A stretch of DNA of 37,294 nt, taken from positions 1 to 37,294 of IMG/VR virus record IMGVR_UViG_3300015200_000007; one strand, given 5' to 3'. Below, one piece after another: positions 9,822 to 20,400 of the stretch (its first letter is position 1; each line of letters begins with the position of its first letter). A program made the translations under genes and the position numbers. The notes under the pieces were generated by a model. It had not been told where the DNA came from and made no database searches. It saw only the letters and a list, made by a program, of their open reading frames with translations. The DNA is from a virus (lineage: Duplodnaviria; Caudoviricetes).

Positions 9822-9858
9822 TTCCGGACAGTCCTGTCCGATACATTCAGGGGGACGT

Positions 9859-10203
9859 ATGGCTATCACTAATTTCCGCTCGACAATCTGGGGCCGCTTA
9901 AAGGATCTTGGCAGTGCTAAGGTCGTTTGGCTTTGCGGCACCATTCCCGCCGTTAACGGAACTACTGGTAAGGGCATTGCTGGTCCCGGTAGTCTCTATA
10001 CCGACATCACGAATAAGACTATTCGGATGAACACCGGCACGATTCTTAACCCTACGTGGGGAATCCTGGCAACTGGATTAGAGGTTCTTGCTGCGCCTCC
10101 AGTTCCGCCGCCTCCGGGAACTCCTACTACTAAGTTCGATCCGAAGCACGAAACGAAGCCGGAACAGAAACCGACTTTACCCGGTCCGATTCTTAAGAAG
10201 TAG
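9859..10203 (+). CDS. Small virion protein (head fibre/decoration-like) with Pro-rich tail
   Basis: AGPGSLYTD...NTGT..PTW motif, seen in small phage structural proteins. AGGGG SD. Confidence 0.65.
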   Translation: MAITNFRSTIWGRLKDLGSAKVVWLCGTIPAVNGTTGKGIAGPGSLYTDITNKTIRMNTGTILNPTWGILATGLEVLAAPPVPPPPGTPTTKFDPKHETKPEQKPTLPGPILKK

Positions 10204-10205
10204 TC

Positions 10206-12098
10206 ATGATTCAAGATCACACGCCAATTGAAGTAAATACTTTTGGCGGGTTGTTTGGCAGGGACAGTTTCACGGATTCTGTTCCTGCCGATCACTTCAT
10301 CGACTGCCAAAATACCATAACCGAAGGCTACGAGTTACGAACTCGTGATGGGTTCCCTGCGCTCACAACGGCAATAGCTGGACTGCGAAGATTCCATACC
10401 TATAAGATCGAGGGCCAGGCAGATCGCACGTTAATCCTGACCGTAAACCCACCGTCTACTGATGGTAAGATCTACGACTCAGCAGTATCACTACTGACTC
10501 CGATCATGACTATACCTGGTATGACCGACTTCTCGGTATGCCAAGCATACAATAGAATTTACATATCCCCGCACAATGGCGTCAAGGGATTACCCGGCCA
10601 GAATGTGTGGATATATAATGGTCAAACCGCTGTAGAAGCTGGCGGTGATGCCCCGATTGGAACATTCTATGCTGCGAATTCCACGGAAGCTGGGAACGTT
10701 GAGAAGGGCACTCACGTTGTAGCTTTCGTATACGAGACTGCAACTGGTTTCGTAACTAAACCTGGGCCTGTAGCATTCCCAAAGTTTGATGCCGATGGGA
10801 CACATAAATTACATCTAACAAGTATCCCAATCGGTCCCGCAGGAACGATGAAGCGCCGCTTAATCTCTACACGCGCTATCGAAGGTTATAATGGAGATCA
10901 GGAAGGCTACGAGTATTTCTTCGTGCCGGGCGGAACTATCAACGACAACACTACAACTGATCTGATAATCGACTACTTCGACGCAGCATTAGAGGTTTCA
11001 GTAGACTATCTATTCGACCAGCTATCGAGAATTCCAGCGTGCTTATGGATGGCTCCCTACCGTAAAAGAATAGCTTACGGGGGTGAAGATGCGAATCCTA
11101 GCATGGTTCGTTTCTCTAAGTCGGACGAGCCTGAATCTCTTGATTCACTATCTGGATTTATCGTATGCGATCCTAACGAGACAGTAGGCGTCAAGTCCGG
11201 GATTGAATACCGTGACAACTTCTATATCTTTAAGGGTGTCATACCGGGTCATACTTATACTACTAAGGACAATACTTTTGAGCCTTCCACATGGCCGATC
11301 ATTACCTTAGATCGTGGCATTGGTTGTGACTTGAATGGTTCTTCGCAGTATATGGATGCCAAGGGTGCTAACAGTGATTTCTTCCTGATAGCTGACGCCG
11401 CTGGCTTGTATGCCTATAACGGCGGGTTCGACGCAGCGAATCCACTATCGGGCAAGATTGACAATCTTTGGAAGCGAATCAATAAGAAAGCTTTCAATAG
11501 GCTTCAATTAGTAATAGATCCCAAGAAACTACTGATTTACATCCTAGTCCCGCTTGACACTGCTGTAGAGCCAAGCCACATAATCGTGTGCGATTATGGG
11601 AACGGCATAACTGTAAACGATGTAACCTGGCATCTGTGGACTATTTCAGGGAACATCAATCCAGTTTCCATTGGTGTCTGGGGCTCCAGCTTATTCGGCA
11701 AAACCATATGCCGCATAGGCGGGGTGACTGGAATCTACAATCAGGAAGAAAACAACTACAACGATAACGGCAATGCCTACGCCTCGATAGTCCAGTTCGC
11801 AATGCTCTACACGCAGTCTGGTTGGATTCATAGTTTCAACGCTCTGAGGCTACGTGCTGGCGGCATGGGGAATATGGCAGTAATTGCTACGGGATTAGAC
11901 AACTCCCCAAGCATTAACCTACCTAGTATGAATCTCGCTACTGGTGCTGGCGTAGAGCGAATCTTCCCGTTCCTGTTAACGAATGAAAAGTGCTCGATCA
12001 AGCTCAGATTGACAGCGTATAACAACTGGTTCAAGATTCGCAAAATGGAATTATTTGGTCGGCCACTCTGGGCTACTCGTCATAACGAAGACTACTAA
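10206..12098 (+). CDS. Tail nozzle / tubular protein B (P22 gp10-like stabilisation protein)
   Basis: 630 aa, beta-propeller-like. N-terminal FGGL...DCQN...LRTRDG and internal VRFS...PE and GIGC motifs. Confidence 0.75.
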   Translation: MIQDHTPIEVNTFGGLFGRDSFTDSVPADHFIDCQNTITEGYELRTRDGFPALTTAIAGLRRFHTYKIEGQADRTLILTVNPPSTDGKIYDSAVSLLTPIMTIPGMTDFSVCQAYNRIYISPHNGVKGLPGQNVWIYNGQTAVEAGGDAPIGTFYAANSTEAGNVEKGTHVVAFVYETATGFVTKPGPVAFPKFDADGTHKLHLTSIPIGPAGTMKRRLISTRAIEGYNGDQEGYEYFFVPGGTINDNTTTDLIIDYFDAALEVSVDYLFDQLSRIPACLWMAPYRKRIAYGGEDANPSMVRFSKSDEPESLDSLSGFIVCDPNETVGVKSGIEYRDNFYIFKGVIPGHTYTTKDNTFEPSTWPIITLDRGIGCDLNGSSQYMDAKGANSDFFLIADAAGLYAYNGGFDAANPLSGKIDNLWKRINKKAFNRLQLVIDPKKLLIYILVPLDTAVEPSHIIVCDYGNGITVNDVTWHLWTISGNINPVSIGVWGSSLFGKTICRIGGVTGIYNQEENNYNDNGNAYASIVQFAMLYTQSGWIHSFNALRLRAGGMGNMAVIATGLDNSPSINLPSMNLATGAGVERIFPFLLTNEKCSIKLRLTAYNNWFKIRKMELFGRPLWATRHNEDY

Positions 12099-13531
12099 TG
12101 AGTGATCAGGGTGCGATCATTAATACTCTGCTCCAGCAGGTCAGGGAAGTTGATCCTGGCCTGGCTGATGTTCTGCTTAAAATGGCAGAGGAGATTGAGC
12201 GTCTTGCTGCTGTAGTAGACCCTAAGCCAACAGTTCCTAAACGTTCGACTGCTCCACCGGTTCCGTTACCGTTACCAGTTCTTACTGCGTCATTCGAGCT
12301 CACGAGAACAAACGTCATACTGCGTTGGGTTCCACCGACTACGGGCTTTCTGCTTTACGAAGTTAGGCAGGGTTCCGTATGGGAGTCAGCAACCCGTCTG
12401 TTATCGACAGGGAATAGTCAAGTCGCATTAGATCCTACACCTGTAGGGACTACGCCGTTCTTAATTAAAAGCATCAATTCGGCTGGTGATTACTCTACTG
12501 ATGCTTGTGCAATCAATGTAATCGTTCCTCCGATTGGAACATTTGCAATCACTGGCCTTGCGATTGGTAATGCGGTAACACTAACCTGGACAATTCCTGA
12601 GTCGGTATTCACAGTTAATTTCTTCACTGTGTTTCGAGATGCCGCACCGATCTCGGCACAGTTACGCGGAACGTTTTTTGCTATTCAGGAAAAAGCCGGC
12701 GGTAAGATTACCTATGGCGTCCAGGCTGAAGACATTGCTGGCAATAAGAGTCCATTCGTTTACACCACTATTGACGTAGCTCCACCGGAAGATTACGAGA
12801 TTCAGACTACGTGGGTTTCAACATTCGGTGGAACGATCACTAATGGACTCTTTCGTGATGGTGTAATCTACTACAATCTGAACATATTTCAGACTATCGA
12901 GGAGCATTTTCATCATCCGATGTTTGTGGCGACGCCAGCCGAAAACACAAGCCCACAACATCAGATTGATGCTAACTTCCCGTTATGGATTCAGCCTACT
13001 GAAGCAACCGGCGAATACATTGAATACCACGACTTTGGAGTAGAGTTCTCAAATACGATTATCAGCTTAGACTGGCTGTTTGAGAACATTGTTCCTACAT
13101 TTACATTCGGGACACAGACTCAATATGCTGGTGCTGATGGAGTATGGTCTGCTGTATTCACTACGCCGACTATATTCGCCTCTAAAGCTAGGCACGTATA
13201 TGTGAAGTTTACATTCTCGGGCTCAGATTTTAAATCTCTTATGATGTTCAAGAGCTTTAAGATCTCTATGTATGTTAAGCGTGAGAATGACGGCGGTAAC
13301 TTCGTGATTCCGACTCCGCCTACGGTGGGTGGTGATTTTGTTTCTTTCAAGAAAACTAACTTTAAGTTCATTGAAAGTATCACGGTTACGCCGGAAACTG
13401 ATATCGAAGCCTATGCTGTATACGATTATGACGCAGTGCCTAATCCACTAGGCTTTAAGGTATTCATGTTCAATAACACTGGCGCACGTATAGGCGGGCC
13501 TATTAGCTGGAAAGCACGAGGAATCTTATAG
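12098..13531 (+). CDS. Tail fibre/host-specificity protein with two FN3-like domains
   Basis: VILRW...YEVRQG..W...IKSINSAG and LTW...YGVQAEDIAGNKS FN3-type patterns. Ends in SWKARG. Confidence 0.7.
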   Translation: MSDQGAIINTLLQQVREVDPGLADVLLKMAEEIERLAAVVDPKPTVPKRSTAPPVPLPLPVLTASFELTRTNVILRWVPPTTGFLLYEVRQGSVWESATRLLSTGNSQVALDPTPVGTTPFLIKSINSAGDYSTDACAINVIVPPIGTFAITGLAIGNAVTLTWTIPESVFTVNFFTVFRDAAPISAQLRGTFFAIQEKAGGKITYGVQAEDIAGNKSPFVYTTIDVAPPEDYEIQTTWVSTFGGTITNGLFRDGVIYYNLNIFQTIEEHFHHPMFVATPAENTSPQHQIDANFPLWIQPTEATGEYIEYHDFGVEFSNTIISLDWLFENIVPTFTFGTQTQYAGADGVWSAVFTTPTIFASKARHVYVKFTFSGSDFKSLMMFKSFKISMYVKRENDGGNFVIPTPPTVGGDFVSFKKTNFKFIESITVTPETDIEAYAVYDYDAVPNPLGFKVFMFNNTGARIGGPISWKARGIL

Positions 13532-13532
13532 C

Positions 13533-14363
13533 ATGGCTGACTGGTCTAATCCTAAGCTAAGCTCACCATACGTGAACTTCCTCAATGATCTTAATGCGAA
13601 GATTGTTGAGGCGGCCGCTATGAATCCCGGTGGAACTAATATTCCTGTAACTGCCATGCGTATGGAACGTGGCGGGCGGGTCTTTCAGGAATGGAACGGT
13701 TCTGCTTGGAACACTATGCCATTAGGCGTAGCTGGCGGGGGAACTGGTGGCAGTAGTGGTTCAGAAGCTAGAGTTAATCTTGGCTTTGGTAGCATGGCTA
13801 CACAGAACGCCAACGGTGTTGCCATTACTGGTGGCTCTATTGTTGGGACGAGCCTGGATGCTGGCTATCTTACAACAGGTATTATTCCTGGTGAAAGATT
13901 TCCAGAACCATTACCACCTAGGAATGGTGGAAACCTATACAACCTAAATGCCGCCCAGATAACATTCGGTCAGATTCCAGCTGCAGCCCGGTTAGGAACT
14001 GGTGCAACAGGTGCCGGGTTACTATTCCTGGCAGATAACTTAACTTGGAAGAGTGTTTCTATGGCACCTAGAGTTGCTCATGTTACTTTGAACATGCCAG
14101 CCTTAAGCAATTTTGGTCTAGTGGCATTACCATATACCGTGCAAGCAGAGAAATCCTACATCGTTCCTACATCAGGTCTATACCGCAATTTCGGTTCTAC
14201 TGGCATTGGTGAACAACACTGCCCGGTTGATACGTATTTCTGTAATAGCGGTGGCACTCAGATTACTACTGGTCCGGCGACTCATATTCGTGGAACTAGC
14301 CCGCTTGCGGACGGCAACCAGGTTAATCAGAACTTCAAGTTAGAGATTGTGGAGTGGCTATGA
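13533..14363 (+). CDS. Tail fibre protein
   Basis: LGVAGGGTG...ARVNLGFGSMATQNANGVAITGG and LNAAQITFGQIPAAARL fibre motifs. Confidence 0.8.
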   Translation: MADWSNPKLSSPYVNFLNDLNAKIVEAAAMNPGGTNIPVTAMRMERGGRVFQEWNGSAWNTMPLGVAGGGTGGSSGSEARVNLGFGSMATQNANGVAITGGSIVGTSLDAGYLTTGIIPGERFPEPLPPRNGGNLYNLNAAQITFGQIPAAARLGTGATGAGLLFLADNLTWKSVSMAPRVAHVTLNMPALSNFGLVALPYTVQAEKSYIVPTSGLYRNFGSTGIGEQHCPVDTYFCNSGGTQITTGPATHIRGTSPLADGNQVNQNFKLEIVEWL

Positions 14364-14593
14364 AAATCAAAGTTACGAAGTTTATCGTCGCTCCGATCTA
14401 CATTGTAATCGACGACGAAGGTCTGGTAGTTAATGAAGGCGAAGGCCCGCAGTTCAATTTCTATCCGGGTGCGCCGTTCGACATTCAGCAGACCATTAAT
14501 GATGCGGAACGGCTTATTGGTAAGAAGCTTGGCTACGACCACCAACTGAGTTTGTTAGATGCGATTAAAGATACCGAACTCACAACACAGTGA
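14360..14593 (+). CDS. Hypothetical small protein, possibly a fibre chaperone
   Basis: ATGA overlap with the tail fibre stop, GGAG SD. Confidence 0.65.
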   Translation: MKIKVTKFIVAPIYIVIDDEGLVVNEGEGPQFNFYPGAPFDIQQTINDAERLIGKKLGYDHQLSLLDAIKDTELTTQ

Positions 14594-14921
14594 AGCCATA
14601 GCCCGGCTAGAAAGTCTATGGGATGTCCAGCTACAAGGTCCGAAGCTGGCTGATCGCATAGTCGTAGATGGCGAAGCTGTGATAGCGTATGGCGTGCTTC
14701 ATAGCTTTACCGAGGGCGTGCAGATTACAGACCCTAGTCTTTCAGTTTTTCGCCGGGCTAAGGCAATGGACTTGTTGATTGAGTCCGCTCTAATCGAAAC
14801 TCAAAAGCGTGGACTAGAGCAGATTCATGCTTTCGTTAAAGACCCCAAGTGGGCGGCTTCTCTGGAAAAACATTATGGGTTCGTTAGGAATCCCAACACA
14901 GTTCTCATAAGGAATCTATAA
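14559..14921 (+). CDS. GNAT-like acetyltransferase-fold protein
   Basis: VVDGEAVIAYG...QIHAFV...LEKHYGF. It lies just before the ejection genes, where podoviruses often carry a GNAT-like gene. Confidence 0.6.
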   Translation: MRLKIPNSQHSEAIARLESLWDVQLQGPKLADRIVVDGEAVIAYGVLHSFTEGVQITDPSLSVFRRAKAMDLLIESALIETQKRGLEQIHAFVKDPKWAASLEKHYGFVRNPNTVLIRNL

Positions 14922-16096
14922 TGGGAAAAGACAAAAAGGAAGCTAAAGAAAACAGCAAGGAATTGTCTTCCGATACTAAGTCGGAATACAATGTTGCGCA
15001 GGCAGGTAGCGATACTCGTCTAGCACAGTTAACTGAGGATAATAAAACTAACCGTGCAGAATTAGCCGGGCTGTATCGTGGCATGGGCAGTAATCCTGGT
15101 AATCAGATTATTGCGGGCCAAGCTGATACTGGTAGGTTAGGTCAAACATTCGATGCTGGTATGGCATTCGGTGCCAATGGCGGCTTCAGTCCAGAACGTG
15201 AAGCTTCTATCATGAGTAACGTTCATGGGCTTCAGGAAATGGGCCGCACTGGCGGAATGACCGAAGCTGATGCTAATAGGTTCCGAGCTAATGGGACCTT
15301 TGAGGAATTCAATACTACTGGTGGCTATACCGATGCGGACAAATCCCGCATTAGACAAGTCTCGCTGGCACCAATAGCTGGCTATGCTTCCCAGACTCAA
15401 GATGAGTTAAATCGTCGTCAGGCGGTTCAGGGAGGTTATGGGCCAGGATTCGATTCTGCGGCGCGAGCCTTAAGGCGAGACGCCGCTAAAGGCATGTATG
15501 AAGCCGGTATGGCTTCAGAGATGAACGTTAAGAATGCTGTCAACCAGGGGCGCCAATGGGGTGCTCAGGGTATGTCAAACGCCGAGAATGCCTATCAGAC
15601 TCTTAGCACTGGTAACAAGTATAAGGGTCTAATGGGCGCCGCTGACGTAGAGACTACGCTGCAGGATACGATTAGTAGGTATCGTATGGCAGGTTATACG
15701 TTAGCTCAGGCTTCTGCTAAGGCCATAGCCGACGTAGATCTGGCTAACATTGGCAACAAGATGAATGCTGACAGCTTTAACGTAGGTCAGCAGAATACTG
15801 GTATACAGGGTCTGGCTGGTTTATACAACCAAGACACTAATGCCATGGAACATCAGCTTGATCTCCAGCGTGGTTACATAGATGACGAGTATGGTAATCG
15901 TCAGGCTTCCAACCAACAGCTGAATCAGATCCTTATGACTCCCGGTATGGGCCAACAGTTATTGATGGCCGGAGTTAGTGGGCTTGCTGGTGCTGCTGGC
16001 GGTGCATTAACTGGTGGTATAGGCACAGCATTGGGTGCGGCGAGTAAGATAGGCAAGGGTGGAATGGGAACAAACTACTCATCCTATATTGAGTAA
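14921..16096 (+). CDS. Internal virion / DNA ejection protein
   Basis: 391 aa, Gly/Ala/Gln/Asn-rich and helical, with a C-terminal Gly-zipper hydrophobic segment (GVSGLAGAAGGALTGGIG). Confidence 0.7.
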   Translation: MGKDKKEAKENSKELSSDTKSEYNVAQAGSDTRLAQLTEDNKTNRAELAGLYRGMGSNPGNQIIAGQADTGRLGQTFDAGMAFGANGGFSPEREASIMSNVHGLQEMGRTGGMTEADANRFRANGTFEEFNTTGGYTDADKSRIRQVSLAPIAGYASQTQDELNRRQAVQGGYGPGFDSAARALRRDAAKGMYEAGMASEMNVKNAVNQGRQWGAQGMSNAENAYQTLSTGNKYKGLMGAADVETTLQDTISRYRMAGYTLAQASAKAIADVDLANIGNKMNADSFNVGQQNTGIQGLAGLYNQDTNAMEHQLDLQRGYIDDEYGNRQASNQQLNQILMTPGMGQQLLMAGVSGLAGAAGGALTGGIGTALGAASKIGKGGMGTNYSSYIE

Positions 16097-16101
16097 CTAC
16101 C

Positions 16102-17433
16102 ATGAGTGGATATAACTTTCTCTCCAAGCTGAACCCATTCGCTGGTTATCGCCAGCCGAATCCATTAGATCCATATGCCGAAATGAATGCTTCCGGTGAG
16201 GAAGATCCTTTCGCTACTATGCCTATGGGCACGCCTCCACCGCAGAACCCATTTAATCCTAGTCTGCCTGTAGAGGAACCAGCGATCTCTACTCCACCTA
16301 AATACATGAATTCTTCCTTGAATCAGTATAAAGCTTCTCTGGCAAATCAGCCTATGCAAGAAGACTATAGGCCATCCAAGAAGCGTATCTTTGGTGGAAT
16401 TGCGCTTGGTGGCCTAGCTGGAATGGGAGCTAATAATCCTAAACTGGCCTTTGATATGTCTCGTAGCATCGTTCGGGCGCCATACGAGAATGCCCTGGAT
16501 GAATGGAAGACTACAACTTCTGGCTATAAGGATGCTGCTAGTCTTGAGGAAACTCAGAACAAACAGGGATTTGATGAGTGGTATAAGCAGGAACAGATCA
16601 AGAGTCTGTCTGGTTATCGCACTGGCACATTAGACTCTAGGAATCGTGGCCTCGATATCAGGGACGAATACAACGATGCCCGGTTAGAAATCATGCGACA
16701 GGCAAGTAAGGGTCTACTTAAGATTGAATACAATAGGACCACTGGGCAAGCCGTTAAGGCAATGGAGGACGGCACTCTCATCCCAATAGATCCAAAGATT
16801 CTTAGAGGTCTTACCTTTGAGCAGCAGGAGATGCTTGAGAGCATGGGAGCTCTAAGCATTGTTGATGCTCGTGGTAGGAATGCCGAGAGTCTAGCAGAGA
16901 TCAACGCTAGGCACGCCAAGGAATTAGCAGACGCACGAAACAGGAATGCCATTGATGTGGCTAACATTAGAAGCGGGAACAATCCACAAACAGCAGCAGA
17001 CTTAAAGGTCCAGAATCAAAACCGGGCTGGCGAGTTCCAGAGAAATCATCCTGAATGGGCTGAATGGGTCCAGCCTGATGAATCAACTGGTGGCTTTAGG
17101 ATCATACCGCCTAGCAGTATGTTCAATAGACCAAAGCCCGAGGATGTAGTTAAGGCTACTAATGCCTTTAACGAATATCTTAGAACTGGTCAAGATGCTG
17201 CTGGACCCGGCGCGGTTCCTGGTGATAATTCTGGTAGTGTCACGCCCGGCCAACCAACAGTAACTCCGCCAGCAGGACCAAATCCGCGACGTGGGCCACA
17301 ACCGCCCCCAAGAGTAAGAACTGCACCTAAGCCCGGTTATGTGTGGATGATAGCTCCAGACGGTAAAACTCGTGGGCAGGTTAAGAAAGAAGAAGTAGCA
17401 AGGCTCGAAGGTCAGGGATACAAAAAGGAATAA
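16102..17433 (+). CDS. Internal virion / DNA ejection protein
   Basis: 443 aa with a hydrophobic GGIALGGLAGMG segment, coiled coils and a C-terminal APDG..GQV...QGY mini-domain. Confidence 0.7.
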   Translation: MSGYNFLSKLNPFAGYRQPNPLDPYAEMNASGEEDPFATMPMGTPPPQNPFNPSLPVEEPAISTPPKYMNSSLNQYKASLANQPMQEDYRPSKKRIFGGIALGGLAGMGANNPKLAFDMSRSIVRAPYENALDEWKTTTSGYKDAASLEETQNKQGFDEWYKQEQIKSLSGYRTGTLDSRNRGLDIRDEYNDARLEIMRQASKGLLKIEYNRTTGQAVKAMEDGTLIPIDPKILRGLTFEQQEMLESMGALSIVDARGRNAESLAEINARHAKELADARNRNAIDVANIRSGNNPQTAADLKVQNQNRAGEFQRNHPEWAEWVQPDESTGGFRIIPPSSMFNRPKPEDVVKATNAFNEYLRTGQDAAGPGAVPGDNSGSVTPGQPTVTPPAGPNPRRGPQPPPRVRTAPKPGYVWMIAPDGKTRGQVKKEEVARLEGQGYKKE

Positions 17434-17435
17434 CA

Positions 17436-20400
17436 ATGCCACAACTTCCTTCAATCTTTGATGACCCAGCGTTAAAGCCCAAAAAGCGGGAGTCTGCCTT
17501 TGATCCTGCATTTGAACCTGAAGGAAGTTTTGATCCTGCTTTCGAGCCTGAAGAAACAAGGACGGGTAAAACTAACCAGAATAGGGTCGGAACTCTAGCT
17601 CCGTCCCATAGTGATCCTGTCCCATTAGTTCCTTCCCATGAGCCAGAACCGACTACTTGGACTGGTCAATTCTTAAGGGATCATCCTGGTGTAGATAGTG
17701 CTTTGTTTGGCCCTAACAAACAGAATAGCCCTGATCTATGGCAACAGAGATTTGAGGGGCTAGACCATGACGCTAGGTTTAGAAGGCTAAAGCAGACCAA
17801 CCCTCAGTTAGCTTACGAGATTCAGAACAACCCTAATCTTGTAGGTGATGACTGGCTTAATATTCCCGGCGTTCAAGAAAGTGCAAACTGGCTAGCTGAC
17901 CAGATTCCTTTCCAGCAGGATGATCAGATAGCCGCTAATGCTGCTTGGCTCACAAGAACTGCCGGGGGACTTTTAGCCGGGAGTGCTGATCCGAGGGCGG
18001 TCGGAGTGCGTCCGAATCCTAAAGGTGAAATGTTCACTGGTGGGATTCCTAATGAGGCAAAGTTCGCCGGGACTAATATGCGCCCCCCGGGCGTGTCCAA
18101 TATTCCAAGAATTACTGGGCCTATTGGTTATAGTGGTGAAGGTGCGCTAACCTCAGTAACACCTCGAATTCCGCCGCCCGGTGGATTAGAAGCCCCGCGT
18201 AGATTTTTAAGCGGGCCAGGTGGAGCACAAGAAATCCGTGGGGTATTGCCGCCTTTAGCACCCACTATCAATAACCCTACACAGTTTAACGTAGACGCTC
18301 CGCTAGATCCCATTGAAGGCGAGCCGCCAATAATCCAAGGCCAGCCTGAGTGGGGCAGCACTATAGCTGGTAGTGATGCTAGGCTTAATAGGCCAGTCTA
18401 TTATACCCCTGAAGAACGGGCTGCTATAGACGAGAGCAACAAGGCTAGATTCCCCACTATAGCTCCGCCTCGACCAGTAATGCCCCCGTCGCCTTTGGAG
18501 CCTACGCCGGGCGGTTTAGTGTTTGGAAAACCAGCCGGGGGTGAGCAGTTAACGTTACCAGTAGAACCTCCCGTATTGCAGGCACCTCCGCAGGCGCCAA
18601 CTCAGGCACCGCCTAGCCCGGTTATAGAACCTCCAGTAAGTGCCTTACCAGCTAGGAATCCTGAGCCATTCCTACCAAGGCTTAATCCTGTCCAGCAGGA
18701 ACCTGAGCCAGCTATAGAACCGCCCACGTTAGCACCCGATGCACCTATAGCTCCAAGTTTTAATCTACGCCCTGATAGGCCAAGCTCATTACCTGTGGCT
18801 CCGCCACAAACTGAGAAGCCTAGAGTTCGTCGGACTGCTCAGGGTGATGTTATAGATCCTAAGACTGGTGAAGTTCTTAACGTTCGTGGACCGGGTGAGG
18901 ATTTTGAGGGTCAGTTCCCACAGGAATCTAGGAGTAATCCCAAGCGGGCTTTCAGATCCAATACGATGCGTCCTGATCTTGGATTTGATAGCGAGAAAGG
19001 TGCCTCTGCCGTAGGTGTCGGTATGCGGAATCTCAAAGAACGCATGGCTGCTGCAGATGCACAATTACAACGCGCTAGGGATATGGGCATTGATTTAGAC
19101 TCAATAGTATACGAGCCTAAGTCCGGTGGCGGTAGTCATGAAGCATACCTTGATGCCGTAGCTCAGGCCATGTATGATAAGAAGCAGGGTAATAAGCCAC
19201 AGGAAATGCGGGTTCCGAAATACAAGGAAGGCAACACTGGACTCGATAACGTAGCAATGGGCGGAGCCAATAGAAGGACTCTTGATGTCCTTGGTTCTTC
19301 CCTATACACCAGACCGAGATCAGTTACGACTGTTAAGGAACTGCTGCAGAACGCGTTTGACGAGCACAAAGAGTTTGGTATTGAGGAACCAGTTCGAGTT
19401 CTTATAGATAGTGATGCCTCAAATCCTATAACTGATGGTGGAGATAGAGGCAAATCTATAACTGTGCGTGATCGTGGTCGTGGCTTAATGCCAGAGGAAA
19501 TCTATACTGTTCTGACCAATATTGGTGAGACCGGCAAGGCTGGTGTAGAATCCGCTTCAGGCGGATTTGGCTTCGCTAAAGCAGCCCCATTCTTAGGCGG
19601 TAAGTGGGCTAAAGTTACATCAGTAGTTGATACCCCAAAGGGTAGAAAGAGATTTACCTTTGAAGGAACACCTGAACGATTAAAGCCTGCTGAAGTTGTA
19701 GAAGAAACTCGTGGTGTCCCACTTAACGAGGAAAGTGTAGGCAATGAGGTTCCAACTGGGCTAGAAGTAACAACCTGGTATGATAGGAGCACACAATCAT
19801 TCTACGAAGCTGCTAACTGGGCCAAAAACATGACGGAAAATTCTCCGTCTGCTCAGTCTGGTATACTGCTCGCTCAGGATTATGGTGTTCATCCTGAACA
19901 TGCTCGTAAGTGGTTAGACGAAACACACGAAAATCCAATTAAACCAACAGATTATAACTACATAAAAGGCATAGAAAGAGTCCATAAACCGAAGCCATTA
20001 CCAGAACTTGTTGATACTATTGACACTCCTGGTGCCAAGGTAAATATACATTACGGCATTACTCCCAAGGAAGAACACGTATCGGCTAAAGTTCATAAGA
20101 TGAACAAGGGTATGTATCAAGGGACCGATGAACTGTCCTATGGTGCGCCCACAGAAAACGTGCCTGGTTCAATCGTAGCAGACATTATTGCTACTGTTGA
20201 GGAAGGCCATGACGACTACCCATTTGGTGCTAATAGAGAACAGATACAGGATAAAGTAACTGACGCCATCAATAAATGGGTTCGCGAAAACATCATAACG
20301 GGTGTAACTAAAAAGCGGGTTGCTGCTGTCCAAAGACAGTATGACAACATTGCTGAATTTCACCCGAATGGTGAAACAGAACTAACTTACTTAGATGATG

